DNA from: Parvularia atlantis
Lineage: Eukaryota
Length of the DNA stretch: 40,714 nucleotides
Assembly: GCA_943704415.1 (NCBI GenBank)
Contig: CALSCO010001244.1
Location: 1 to 40,714, forward strand
Direction of reading: 5' to 3'
The position numbers and the translations under genes were made by a program. How positions within the stretch are numbered: the first letter of the stretch is position 1; the number at the start of each line of letters is the position of its first letter. Below, in pieces: positions 22,849 to 34,796 of this stretch. Under the pieces are notes generated by a model. The model ran no database searches. It was not told the origin of the DNA and was given only the letters and a program-made list of their open reading frames with translations.

Positions 22849-23825
22849 ATGTCGATTGCGCGGCGCCTGCTCCGCCCGTTCTTTGTCGTACACACGGCTC
22901 TCGCCGCCACCGCCGTGCTCTACTACGCGGCGCGCGAGGCGCGCACGGCCCTGCTGGAGGGCGGCGCGGGCGGCAGCGGCAATGTAGCCCCCGCGATGCC
23001 CGCCTGCCGTTGCGCCGCGTCGCTGATCGCGACGCGCGCGGCGCGCAAAGGGCGACCTGAACGTGTTTATGGGCATCGCCATCTGGATCGTCGTGCAGAC
23101 GCGCGCGAGTGTGTCGGCCGAGGAGGCGCTCTCGCGCACGTTCTGGGTGCTGCGCCTGGCCTCGGGCGTGCTGCTGTACATGCACGACCGCCGCTGGCTC
23201 GCGCCCTTTGTCGTCGTCACGCTCGGTGCGCGCCTCATCGCTCGCTCGCTGCCCGTGCGCTCACTCACGCGCGGCACCACAGTCGCCGTGATCGTGCTGC
23301 AGCCGCCCGCGTACAACGGCGAGACGCGCGCCGTGCCCCTCGCCAGCGCCGACGACGTCGAGGGCGCCGGCGTGCTCCGCCCCGGCAGCCAGACCGTCTG
23401 GGTGGTCCAGGTGGCCTCGTCCAAGTCCTACTCGAGCATGTACGCCGCGGCGATGTTTGCAGACCTGTCGCTCAAGTACCACCACGACAACCTGCGCTTC
23501 GCCTCGGTCGACGCGGTCGAGCACCCGGACATCGCACGCCTGTTTGACGTGCGGTCCGAGTCGGCCCTGCCGGCCTACGTCGTCATTGCGGGCGGCCGCA
23601 TCGCCCGCCGCGTGCCCGCGCGCGACGCCAACGGCGCCGAGCAGCCGGTCGTGCTCGCGCGGGTGCGCTGAGTGCATGCTCTCTACGCTCTGCGACGCAT
23701 TCTGACGCTTCACGACGGCCCAGGCCAAGCTTCTCGAGGCGCTCAAGCTGGACGACGAGCTGGCCGAGGCGCAGCGCAAGTTGTTCGCCGTGCCCCAGGC
23801 CAAGCCGCAGGCCAAGCGCCAGTGA
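22849..23825 (+). CDS. TMX2: Thioredoxin-related transmembrane protein 2-like
   Basis: N-terminal TM helices, PPAYNG, WVVQ, FADLSLKY, LRFASVD, LPAYVVIAGGR; three introns (the first has weak GTAGCC/AAG sites); ends AKRQ-TGA. Confidence 0.72.
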
Positions 23826-23862
23826 GCCTCCCCCCCCCCTTCTTTGTACGTACAGCACAGCA

Positions 23863-25770
23863 TCATTTCACCATCGACGACACGCCGCCACCGCCCTCGC
23901 CCGGCTCGCGCTGGCCCACGCGCACCCATCCGGCCGCGACGCAAAAGTCGAAGACCTTGCCGGACTTGTTGACGTCCATGCGGAACAGGCGCCGCGCCGC
24001 CGAGCGCTTGATGCCGCCCTGTGAGCGCAGGTCAGGCGGAGCAAAGCGGAACGCGGCCACCGTGCCTGCGCCGCCGACTCGCGGATCATCGTCTCCTTCA
24101 TTGTGAGGTATGCGCGCGGCTGCAGCCGCAGCACCGAGCACAGCTCGTACTCCTTGACCGAGAGCAGCTGCACGTCCTCGGCGTTGGACAGATCGAGCAT
24201 TGCTGGCGTGACAAGCGATCAGCTGGCCAAAAGCGACGTGCAGCACGCGCGCGCACCGTGGCGCTTGTTTTTCTGGAACGAGCCGTACGCCTGGTGTGCG
24301 CACACACGCGTGCGCTCAGCATCGGCGGCGCGCTGTCACAGGCACGCGTACCTCGTCGCGGCTGCGCGCCTTGGCTGCCGCCATCGTGCCGACCTCGCGC
24401 ATGCGCCGCAGCAGCTCGGGCGTCTGTGTGCGGCGTGAGCCACAAGCAGTGCCGACGACTGCGAGGCGCACCCGCTTCTTCTTGTCGGCCTCGTACTGCT
24501 CGCCGGCCGTGAGTGTCGTCAGGCCCGCGCGGCGCCACTCCTGCAGCTGCGCGATGTGCGCGCGTATCCGCTGCTCGTCTGCACAGATGTCAGCCGACGC
24601 GCGGCGCCGCTCCCAGCGCGCGCGCACTGATCAGCCCGTCCACAAACAGCTCAAAGTCCGAGCCCGACTGCAACTGCGCCAGCACGCGCGTCTGGTTTAG
24701 CAGGTCCTTGTAGTCCTTGCGGCGCTTGTCCGCGGCCATTTGCTGCAGCTCCGGCCTTGTCACGCAGGCCGCCACAGCGCCGCACCGCCCGCGCACCTGC
24801 TTCAGGTTGACCAGCTGCCGGTCGAGGATAAAGTCCTTGCGCCGCTTGCGCACGTCGAGCTTGGCGTTGTAGATTTCAAGCACGCGCAGCTTGAGCTCTG
24901 TCGCGCGCGGTCAGCCGGCTCCACGGGTGTTGTGCTGCGCGGCACGAACCGACGTCCTCGGGCGTGTCGTCCTCGTTGAAGCTCAGCTGGCTCACGAGCA
25001 CCTCGGCGTCATTGTCGTGCTCGACGTCAAACTCCTGCCGGAACGGCATGAATCCGGCGACCTCGTGGCAGGCGGGCTGGCTCGTGATCGGCTGCAACAC
25101 CACCGTCAGACACGCGCACAGCACAACTCTGTGCTTCTCGCGCACCGGCGGCTTGGGCGGCTTCTCGCCCGTCAGCCGCTTCTGCTGCTGCAGCGCGGCC
25201 TCGCGCTCGGCGCGGCGCCGGCGGAACTCGTCCACCTGCTCGTGCGTAAACGCGGCGCTGAACTCCTGCGGGCGCGAGCGTCACCACTGCGACCCGATGC
25301 GTTGCCGAGCACGCACTGGCAGCGGGTACGTCGGGCAGTCGATGTACGTGCGCAGGTAGTGCTCCTCGACCTGCTGCTTGGTCTTGGTGCCGATGTGCTC
25401 GGCGATGTCCTCCCAGTTGCCCATGCCGTACATCTTAATCCCGTCCAGCAGCGCGAGCTCCTCGTCGGCGCCCCACTCCATCGACACGACAGGGAAGTTG
25501 AACGTGTCCTGGGTGCGTACGTCAGGACGGACAGCAGCAGTGCGCGCCGCACCATCACGCGGTAGGCATGGTCGCTGCGGTGCTCGCCGATCTCGACGCC
25601 CTGCGCGAAGCACTCGACGCACAGGTCAAAGTCATCGCACTCGGCGCACTTGATCCGGACCACGTCCGACAGGTCCTGCCGGGACGCCGCCGTCGTGAGC
25701 CGCGCGCGCGCCACCGAGCGCAGCGCGCGATCCGCCGCCACACCGTCTGGCACGAGTCGCAGTGGTACAT
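23863..25770 (-). CDS. ADA2: Transcriptional adaptor ADA2 (ZZ zinc finger, SANT, SWIRM)
   Basis: MYHCDSCQTDLSDVVRIKCAECDDFDLCVECF; WGADEELALLDGIKMYGMGNWEDIAEHIG; GFMPFRQEFDVEHDNDAE; LLSVKEYELCSVLRLQPRAYL; MDVNKSGKVFDF; about 11 introns. Confidence 0.93.
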
Positions 25771-25800
25771 CACCGGTGGCGAGAAGTCTGACACACTGCC

Positions 25801-28522
25801 ATGTCGCCTCGCGCGGCCGCCTCCCGCGCGCTCGCGACAATCTCGCGGCAGCTGCACCGGCCGTACGCGCCGCCGCCGACCGCGCCCGTGTCGCGCTCGA
25901 CGCGCACGACGCGCCGCTCGCTGGTGCGCGCGCTCTCTGCCTCTCTGCGCGCACGTGACTCGAAACGCCCAAGGCGCAGGAGGAAGCCGATGGCGGCCAC
26001 GCCGACGCCGGCCTCGAGCTGCCGCGCAGCGGCGAGCGCGGGCTCAAGCGGCGCGCGCAGGAGCTGCTGCGCGAGGCAAGCGAGGCGGCGGCCGCGCAGG
26101 CCGAGGCGGACGCGCAGGTGGCAGCGGCGGAGGAGGACGAGGCAAAGGCGGCGGCCGGCAAGCGGCGGCGGCGCAAGGACGAGGCCGCGAACGAGAACGA
26201 CGACGGCGACCTGCTGCTGCACGCAGCCGTGGAAGTCATCGCGCAGGACCCGGCCGACGCAGGGAGAGCGCCGATCGACGTCGTAGAGACGATGTGGCAG
26301 GGCCTGGCCGTGGCTGCGTTCATCGTCGCCTTCGCGGGCGCGTGCGGGCTCGACGAGGACGCGACGCACCACGACGTGCGCGTCCGACGCTGTGGCCGCG
26401 TGCGACCGTGCTGACCCGGTGTGCAGCTCGTCTTGCGCGAGCTCGCCAGCCAGACGAGTGAGGTCGTGCAGCAGGTCGTGGAGCGGCTGCTGCAGGTGCA
26501 CCGCGCGGGCGCAGGGCTCGCCAACCAGCGGTGCGCGCATACCTGCCACGCCAGAGTGGCCCCAACGCTGACGGCCGCGCGTGCAGCTTCCTTGCGCGCG
26601 ATGACGCCGTCAGAGTCGTGCTGCGCAACGAGGGCTTTGACGTCGAACGCCTGCTGCCCGACAGCGCGACGCTCGCGACCGTCAGCGCTCGCCAGCGCGT
26701 GCTCGTCCTATATGCTCTGTGCAACGTCGCACTGGGCAGCAACGCGCCGGCCCTGCGTGCCTCAGGAGGAGAGGACGACGCCGAGAACCTGGTGCGAGCC
26801 GATCGCATGCAGCCGCGGGGCACGGTGCTCACGTCGGCGTGTGCGCAGCGTATCGCGCCCCTAGGCTTTGACCGCGACCGGCGCTCGTACTGGTACTTTG
26901 GCGGGCCACGGCTGTACCGCGAGGCGATCGTCGACCGCCGGCGCGTGTGGACGCGCGCGTGTGCGACGGCGGACGAGTGGTCGGCGCTGCGCGACTCGCT
27001 CGGCGCGCTCGGCAACGAGGGCAAGCTGCGCAAGGCATGCGCGCGTGCTCGTTGCACCCTCTGCACGAGCTGATAAGGGCGCGCCGCCGTCACAGCTGCT
27101 TGTGCTGCTCATACCCGACGTGGCGGCCCTTCTGGAGCAGCGCGAGAAGGAGGAGCGCAAGCGCGGTGCGTGCCTGCGCGACCGGGCACGCGAACGCGAC
27201 TCACGCATGCGCTCTGGCAGTGCGCTTGGAGATGTTGCCGCGCCGCGCGTCCGACCGCCTCACAGAGCGGCGCATGTTTGAGAGCGAGCGGCGGCAGCAG
27301 GAGGAAGAGGCGCGTGGGCCATCGCGCAATGCACAAGCGCCTGACAGCGGCAGCGCAGGTCGAGCAGATGCTGCGCCAGAAGATGCTCGAGCTCGCGCGG
27401 CTGCAGGAGAGCCAGGAGCGCGAGCGGCGCCAGGCCGAGCTGGAGCGGCGGTGCGCCCGCTGCTACTGCGCTCGCTGTGCTCACAGCTCGGTGCGCACGG
27501 CAGCAAGCAGCAGGCGCTCGAGCGCGACGAGCTGCTGCGCGCCGAGAAGCGCTTCCACCTGAAGCTGCGCAAGCTGCGCGTGGACTTGGTACGTGCGCGT
27601 GTGCTCGCTCGGCGCCGCGTCTTGACACGGCGGGCGGGCAGGGCGAGGGCGCGACGGAGCGCGTGCGCGGCATGCTCGACGGTGACGGCGACGACAGCGT
27701 CACGGTCCGCGCCGACGCGTCGCCAGACGTCCCGCTGCTGCAGCAGCCGGTGGCACTCGAGTGGTCGCTGCTGCCGATGGCCGCGCTCGGCGTGCAGGCG
27801 TGGTGCCGTGAGGTGCTCGAGCGTCTGGGCCGGCTGCCGGACGCGGCGCCGTTCCGCGAGCCTGTCGACACGACCGTATACGCCGACTACCTCACGTGCG
27901 CTCGGCGTGTGCGTACTGCGACCGCGTTGAGCCTGCGTGCATGCAGGCTTGTGCAGCACGCGATGGACCTCGCAACAATGCACCGCAGGCTCGTCTCGGA
28001 TCAGTACGAGACGCTGAGCGACTTCAAGCGCGACCTGGACCTGATCGTGCGCAACTGCATGACATACAATCAGCCCGAGTCACCGGTCGTGCACATGGTG
28101 CGCGCGCACTGGTGGGCAGCAGCGTGGAACGAGTGCTCACGTGGCAGCTGTCGCCAGGCTAGGCGCATGAAGCGGTACTTCCGCACGCTCGTCGCGCGGC
28201 TGTCGCTGTGGGAGGTGCTCAACGCGGAGGAGCGTGCGACGTACATGGCCCGCGCGGCGGCGCACATGCCCGAGGTGCGCGCGAGCAGCAATCCTTGTCG
28301 TTTGCGCCGCGTGACCGCTCGCAGCCGCAGCCGCCCAACGGGCATCGGCATGGCGACGACGACGGCGAGCCTGTGGACGTGGTCGAGCCGGTCGACACCG
28401 AGCGCATCGTGCTGCGCCTGCACTTGCCGCACATCCGCGATGCGCAGCCAGAGCAGCCGCAGTTGGTTGAGGCGCAGCCGCAACCAGAGCAAGCGCAGCC
28501 TCAGCAAGCGCAGCCTATGTGA
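25801..28522 (+). CDS. ISWI-partner-like chromatin protein with WHIM motifs, coiled coil and bromodomain (CECR2/RSF1-like)
   Basis: QRVLVLYALC; RIAPLGFDRDRRSYWYFGGPRLYRE; WTRACATADEW; bromodomain APFREPVD, ADYL, MDLATM, FKRDLDLIVRNCMTYN; about 12 introns. Confidence 0.8.
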
Positions 28523-28561
28523 CGGTTTCAGTTCGCCCGGGGGAAAACCGTTGCGCAGCAG

Positions 28562-29518
28562 ATGGACGCGATCGAGATGCTGCGCGCGCGCGCCGCGGCC
28601 CTCGCGACGGCGCTGCACCAGGCCGCGGGGCAGGTGCAGCACGAGACGGCGCCGCTGCTGAGTGCGCTCGAGGACGACGACGCGGAGCACGGGCGCGCGC
28701 TCGACACGCTGCTGGACCGCTGGGAGGCGCACGTCGAGCGCCTGGGCGACGAGCTGGCGGCGGTCGAGGGCGCGCTGGCGCAGCGCTCGCTCGCGCGGCT
28801 GTATGAGCAGTGCGCGCAGACGCACCAGCAGCTGCTCGACTACGAGGCCGGTCTCCTCGCTCCCGCCCGGGCGGCGGCGGCGTCGCCCGCGCACGCGTCG
28901 GTCGCGGACAACGGCGACTCGCCCGCGTCGCACGGCAGCCTGCCCACGCCGCCGCCGCTCGCGTACGACCTGAGCAACGTGCTGTGCGTTGGTCCCAATC
29001 GGCCACGCGGCGCACAACGTCTGACGCGCGCACGAGCAGTACCCCTGCCGCCACCGCGCGCTTCGCCTCGCCCGGCGACAACGACGACGACGCACGCACG
29101 CCAACGCTCGACGACCTCGGCCTGTCGCCGTCGGCCCTCGCGATGCTCAAGAAGGGTGCGCTGCCGCTTGCTCGCCTCAGCCAGCGCTCACATCGCACGA
29201 TCGCTGCTAGCTGCTGATACAGGCACGGCGCGCACGCCCGGCGGCAAGTCGTCGCTGGCGCGCGAGCTCGCGTTTGCCACGCCGCCGCTGCCGACACCGC
29301 CGTCGCTCGAGAAGCACACGCCGCCGAGCTTCGCGGCCGCGATGGCGCGCGCGGGCGGCGTCACGGGCGCGATGGCCGGCGGCGACGATGACGACGACGA
29401 CGACAAGGAGATCGAGAACCTCACGGCGCAGCTCAACCTGACGGTGCGCGCGCGCTGTGCATGTGCTCGCGTCGTCTGAGCTCGCCGTGCGCAGATCTTG
29501 AAGCAGACGGCGCGATGA
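28562..29518 (+). CDS. Coiled-coil + Pro/Ser/Thr-rich protein, possibly SKA3-like kinetochore protein
   Basis: N-terminal helical region of about 100 aa, TPTLDDLGLS motif, many TP/SP sites; three introns; ends ILKQTAR-TGA. The gene model is more certain than the product call. Confidence 0.5.
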
Positions 29519-29736
29519 CGGAGGGGCCAGACACGACGCTTGGCGCTGTACAGCAGGCAAAAGTCGGGAAAGAGATCAGGCGCACAGTTGGAACAATAGG
29601 GGGAACGCAGCTGGTCTGCGCGGGGCACGTGTGGGTGGGTGAGCGTGGTGGTGGTGGGATGTGCGGAGGGGTGGAGGTGCCGGGAGAGTGCCGCCCGCAG
29701 ACGTCGCCGCAACAAGAAGAAAAAAAGCAAGATCGT

Positions 29737-31177
29737 TCAGAGTGTCCTGGAGTAGAGGTTGTTGGTCTCGGGCAGGACGGGCACGGACGGGTCGGGCAGG
29801 TTCGGGTACCAGTACTGCTGCTCGTGCAGCTCGTACGACTGCGTGTAGGTCACGTCCGTGCCGTCGATCTGCGCGGTGATGGCCTGGGGCAACGCGCGCA
29901 GGGCGTCAGCGCACGCGACCGTGCACCGACGCGCACAGGGTGGCGACGCGCACCACGTGGTAGCTGCGCTGGTCGTTCACCTTGAGCGACATCACGCCCT
30001 TGAGCGTCTGGCCCTGGTTGAGCGCGATCGGGTTCTGCGGCCGGCCGTCAGCCGCGACGGTGCGCGGCCAACCCGCAACCCGCGCGCACCTTGAACAGGA
30101 AGCGGATCTGGTACCAGTGCGTCTTCTGCCCAAACGGCGACGTGGTCAGGTTGACGCGCGTGACCGAACCGTTGAAGAGCACGTCGAACCACCCGGCAAT
30201 GCCGTGGCAGATGCCCGTGTAGCTGGCGACAAAGCGGAAGGGGATCTCAAACGCCTGGAGCTGCTCGAGCGTGACCGTGTGGAAGTCGATCGGGTGCTCG
30301 ACCGTGCCGGCCATGAGCGTGCGCGGGTCAAAGCAGCCGACAACGGGCTGGGAGAAGTGGTGGGCGAAGGCGTCTTCGGCTAGGGCCGTCAGGTTGACGC
30401 CGTAAAAGTCCTCCTGCTGCCAGAAGCGCGCCTTGGTGATCGTCTCGTTGTAGAGGTAGGCGTCGGTGAAGGGCGCGATGTAGATGGCGGCGGCGGCCGG
30501 GAACATCTTGCCGTCGTCCTTGAGCCAGTCTATCCGCCCGCGCACAAACGTCTCGATCATGCGCTCGTGCACGAGCAGGACGCCCATCGGCTCGGACACG
30601 ATCACGTCGACCTTCTCGGGCAGGCGCACGTCCTCGAGCTTGCCCTTGAGCACGACGATCTTGCCGGCGAGGCGGTTGGCGGCGACGAGCTGGCGCGCAA
30701 AGTGCGCCACATCGCTCGCCTCGACCGCGTAGACCTTGCGTGCGCCCGCCTGGAGAGCGAAGAACGAGAGGATCCCCGAGCCCGCGCCCACGTCCATCAC
30801 GACCTTGCCCTCAAAGTCGGCCTTGTTGTGCGTGATCGCGTACTGGTACGTGCCCGTGCGCACCGCGTCCTGCAACATGTTCTGCTGGTTGGACAGCGCG
30901 CTGTAGTAGCTGCGAGCACACGCCGTGAGGCCGGGCTTCGGGCTGCAGTGCACGCGCACCTGAAGTAGGTGCTATCACGCGACGACGCGGTCGACGCGCC
31001 CTCGCCGGCCTCACCCTCCCCGATGACGGCCGCGCCGTTCCCGTCCGCATCCATCGCGCCGTCCTCCTGCTCGTCGGCCGCGTCGTCGTCGTCGTCGTGG
31101 CCGTGCGCGCCGCCCTCGGCGTCGGCGTAGGCGTCGGCGTCGTTGAGGCCCGCCGCGTGCTCCTCGTGCGCGGCCAT
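29737..31177 (-). CDS. CARM1: Histone-arginine methyltransferase CARM1/PRMT4
   Basis: YFSYYSALSNQQNMLQDAVRTGTY; VVMDVGAGSGILSFFA; VYAVEAS; DVIVSEPMGVLLVHERMIE; KARFWQQEDFYGVNL; THWYQ; three introns; acidic N-terminus. Confidence 0.92.
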
Positions 31178-31235
31178 GTTGCGGTGCGGTGTGCGCAGAT
31201 TGGTGCGGCGCACGTACAATAAGACGCACAGCGGG

Positions 31236-31805
31236 ATGGACGCCCTCCGCACGCTGTCATACTACTACTTGGGCGTGCCGCGCCCAGCCGTGCTCGAGCA
31301 CCGCGTGTTCTGGACGAGCGAGCGCGTGCTGCCGCAGCTGCTGCGCCAGGGGCGCCCGGTCGTCGTCGCGCTGCTTGTGCCCGGGTGCGTGCGTGCGCAT
31401 CGCGCCGGGCCGGATGCACTGAGCGGCAATGCCGACCAGCTGCCGCTTCTCGGAGCCGTTCAAGGACGTGCTGCAGCGCGCCGCGGCCGAGTTTGCGGGC
31501 GACGGGATACGCTTCCTCCAGGTCGATTGCAGCCAGGCCGAGGAGTTTTGCGCGCAGCGGCACCCGTCCGAGTTCCCGTTCGTTGAGGTCTTTGTGCCGT
31601 CGACCGTGCGTCCCGATCACGCGGCGTTGCGTGTGCGCATTGGCCGCTCACGCGGCGCAAGCAGGAGCCCGCGCCTGACGGCGGTAAGCCCGTGCGCCGC
31701 CTGCAGGTGCTGCCATACGACTACCACGGCAGCGTCTACGGCTTCCGCTGCTTCTTCCGCCGCCACGGCCTGCTCGGTGGCAAGCCCGCCGCGTCGGACG
31801 CATGA
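31236..31805 (+). CDS. Small thioredoxin-fold protein with CRFS (CxxS) motif; alternative in-frame start at 31176
   Basis: Spliced: PVVVALLVPGCRFSEPFKDVLQRAAAEF, IRFLQVDC, FPFVEVF (cis-Pro strand); two introns; TGA 31803-31805. Confidence 0.68.
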
Positions 31806-31841
31806 TGTGCTGTATGCATGTACAGGGCGCCGCGCTTCCGC

Positions 31842-34699
31842 TCACTGGATGGGGTTGTACGCGCTCGTGCGCCACCTGCGCCATGCCGAGCGCAGCGACA
31901 CGGCCGTCTGCACGGCGAAAGCGAGCGTGAACGGCAGACCGAACGGCGACGCCAGCCACGACGTGACCCTGCGCCGCCAGGTCAGCCGCGACACACACGT
32001 GCGCGCGCGCACGGGACGCACGGAAAGAACAGGAGCACCTCGAGCAGCAGCACGACCTGCGACACGAGCGACAGCAGGAAGAGGAACACCTGCGCACGCC
32101 GTCAAGCGCTCGCACGCCGGCGCTGCCTTGCGGCCCGCACCGTGTAGCAGCGCAGCGGGCTCAACTCCGGGTCGCGCTTGGCCAGCTCGACAAAGAGCAG
32201 CGCCGCGGGCGAGAAGACGAGCAGCAGCACGGCCATGCCCATGATCTCGCTCTCGACCGCGAGCGTGAACCCGTCCGGCGTCCAGACGCCCCACGAGAAC
32301 GCGATGCCCCAGTGCTCGCCTGCGCGCGCGTGTCAGTGCGCGAGGACCGCCCGCGCCGCCACGCACCGTCGAGCTTCTCCAGCACGAGCACGGGCCCGCT
32401 CACGAGCAGCAGCGACCACAGCAGGATCACGGCCCAGCCCTTGAGCCAGGCCATGTTCGACGCGGTGGCCATGTGCGACGACCACGCCGTCATGAAGCGT
32501 CCGCGCACCGACGTGTTGTCTAGGTCCTTGTACACCGGGAACACCTGGCAGGCACGCGAGCGTGTGGGTTTACGGCCGCAGCCGGTGCGGCCACGCTGCG
32601 CACCTCGAACGTATTGTCGCTCTGCAGCGCCTCAATCGCTTCGTACTCATTCACAAGCACGGGCGAGAGGTCGCGTGCGGTCCACAGCGCGGCCAGGCGC
32701 TGCAGCGACGCGGCGGTGAGCGCGCGCGCCAACAGCAGCGCCGTCGAGCGCACCTCCGCGAGCTGCAGGTGATGCGCGAGAGAGTACAGCCGCGGCAGCC
32801 AGAGCAGCAGCCCGACAAAGTACGCCATCGTCAGCGTCAGCAGCACGTCAATGAACACGCTCGTCGGGAAGCCGTTGATCAGCGTCACCCACGTGTACGG
32901 AATTGCCTCGGACGTGCCGTCGACCGAGAACTGCACGCGCAGGCGCATGCCGTCAAGCCGCGCGCCGCCGCTGCGCACGCACGCCGCACGCACGGGCTGC
33001 TGCCGCTCGAGCACGCGCCCGAACCCGTCCACGACGCGCAGCCGCAGCTGGTGGATGCCGGAGCCGTACATGGCCGGGTCCCACGCCACTACGTGCAGCG
33101 GCGAGTCTGGCGACGGCAGTGTCAATGCCAGCGCGCCGCCGCCGCCGTCTAGCGCACCCTCGGCGGCAGGCTGCAGCAGGTACTCGAGCCCTTCGATCGT
33201 TACGGCCACGCTGCTGATGCCCGACGGCGAGAACGCGACCACGCGGATGTGTGTTGAGCTGCCGCGCGGCCCGTCAGCACTCCCCGGCGCGGGCGTGCGG
33301 TGCGCGGCTGGCGCACGTGGCGATCAGCTCCAGCGGCTCCTTCTCGGTCAGGAACATGGCGTCCTTCGGGTTCGAAACGACCGCGATCGGCCACTCGCCC
33401 AGGTGCACGTCGGTGAACGACATGAGGTCATGGTCGAGCACGACGAGGCGGTACGCCTGGTTGTTCTTCATGTCCTGCGCGCGTTCCGGGTCAGCGCGCC
33501 GCTCAGTCAGTCGCGCCAGGCGCGCACACCTCGACCTCGAGCTCGAGGTACCCGGCCCACATGCGTCGGTACATGCTGCACTGGCCCGTCAGCCGCGCGA
33601 CAGGCCATGCGCGCGCCGACGCACCCGGCCGAGTGCAGATGCCCGCAAAAGTACGCCGTCACGTACGGCGCCATCTCGTCTGCGAGTGCGCGCATGCGTG
33701 TCAGCCACGTGACGGGCCATCGTGAGCGACGCGCACCCCACGGGACGAGGCTGGCCGTCGTGGCCATGGGAAAGTGGCCCAGCAGGAACGTGTGGTTGGC
33801 CCGCGCGCCGCTGCTGAGCGTCGGGTCTGCGGCCAGGCGTCAGCAGTGAGGCTGCCCGGGCCACACAAGCGCACGGCGCACCCTGCACCGCGTCCACGAC
33901 AGCGCGCAGGTCGCTCGGGTTTGCGCCGAAGAAGGCCCAGGGCTTGACAGCGCCGGGGTCGATGGCGAGGTCGAGCGAGACGAAGCGGTAGCCGCCGCGT
34001 GGCGTGACGTACTCGGTGACGTAGTGATGGTCGGCGCCGTGCACGCCGTTGTCGCGGTACAGGTTGAGCGGCGAGTCGAGGCTTGGCACGCCGTACACGT
34101 CGTGATTGCCTGGTGTTGATGTAGGCCACGTGCGATGTCGCATGTCGCATGTCGCGGCGCATGCACGGTCGATGATCATGGCACGGACGTGCGAAGTGCG
34201 GCCGATCGGGCGTCGTGCACATCGAGTCAGCGCGCCGTCGTCCACACAGCCAGCCACGCAACGTACCGCGCAGGTCCAGCCAGCGGCTCGCGTTGAACAG
34301 GCCGAAGCGCTCGAGGGTGGCGCGGTAGTCGCCCCACTCGGACGCGACTTGGCCGGTCTGGCGCGCGGTCGCGTCCGGCCCATCGGTGAGGTCGCCGGTG
34401 GCGAGGACGAGCGCCGGGTCGACGACGCGCACAGTCTCGTTGCAGAACGTGACAAGCTGCGCCGTGCGCGCGGGCACGGCCTGGTCCAGGTGCACGTCCG
34501 ACACGTGCAGGAACCAGACGAGCTGCTGCGCCGCCCGGTCGCCATCGGACGCGCCCAGCGGCGGGCGTCCGTCGGCCGGCACGCCACGCAGCACCAGGCC
34601 GTGCGGCGGTATCCCCGCGAGGAGGATCCCGGCCACGGCCAGCAGCACGACGAGCAGCAGCGTCACGGGCACTGTGTACACAGCCACAGAAGCCAACAT
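31842..34699 (-). CDS. TMEM62: TMEM62-like calcineurin-like metallophosphoesterase membrane protein
   Basis: N-terminal TM; FLHVSDVH, ATGDLTD, WLDLRGNHD, LGHFP, YFCGHLH, YRLVVLDHD, SNPKDA; several C-terminal TM helices; about 12 introns. Confidence 0.87.
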
Positions 34700-34796
34700 A
34701 GCTGAACTGAATGGTACGTAACCATTCGTCTCTCATTCTTCACGCCGTGGCAGCACCACTCCAACAACAAGCGCAAACAAAAAACAAGGCACGTTA

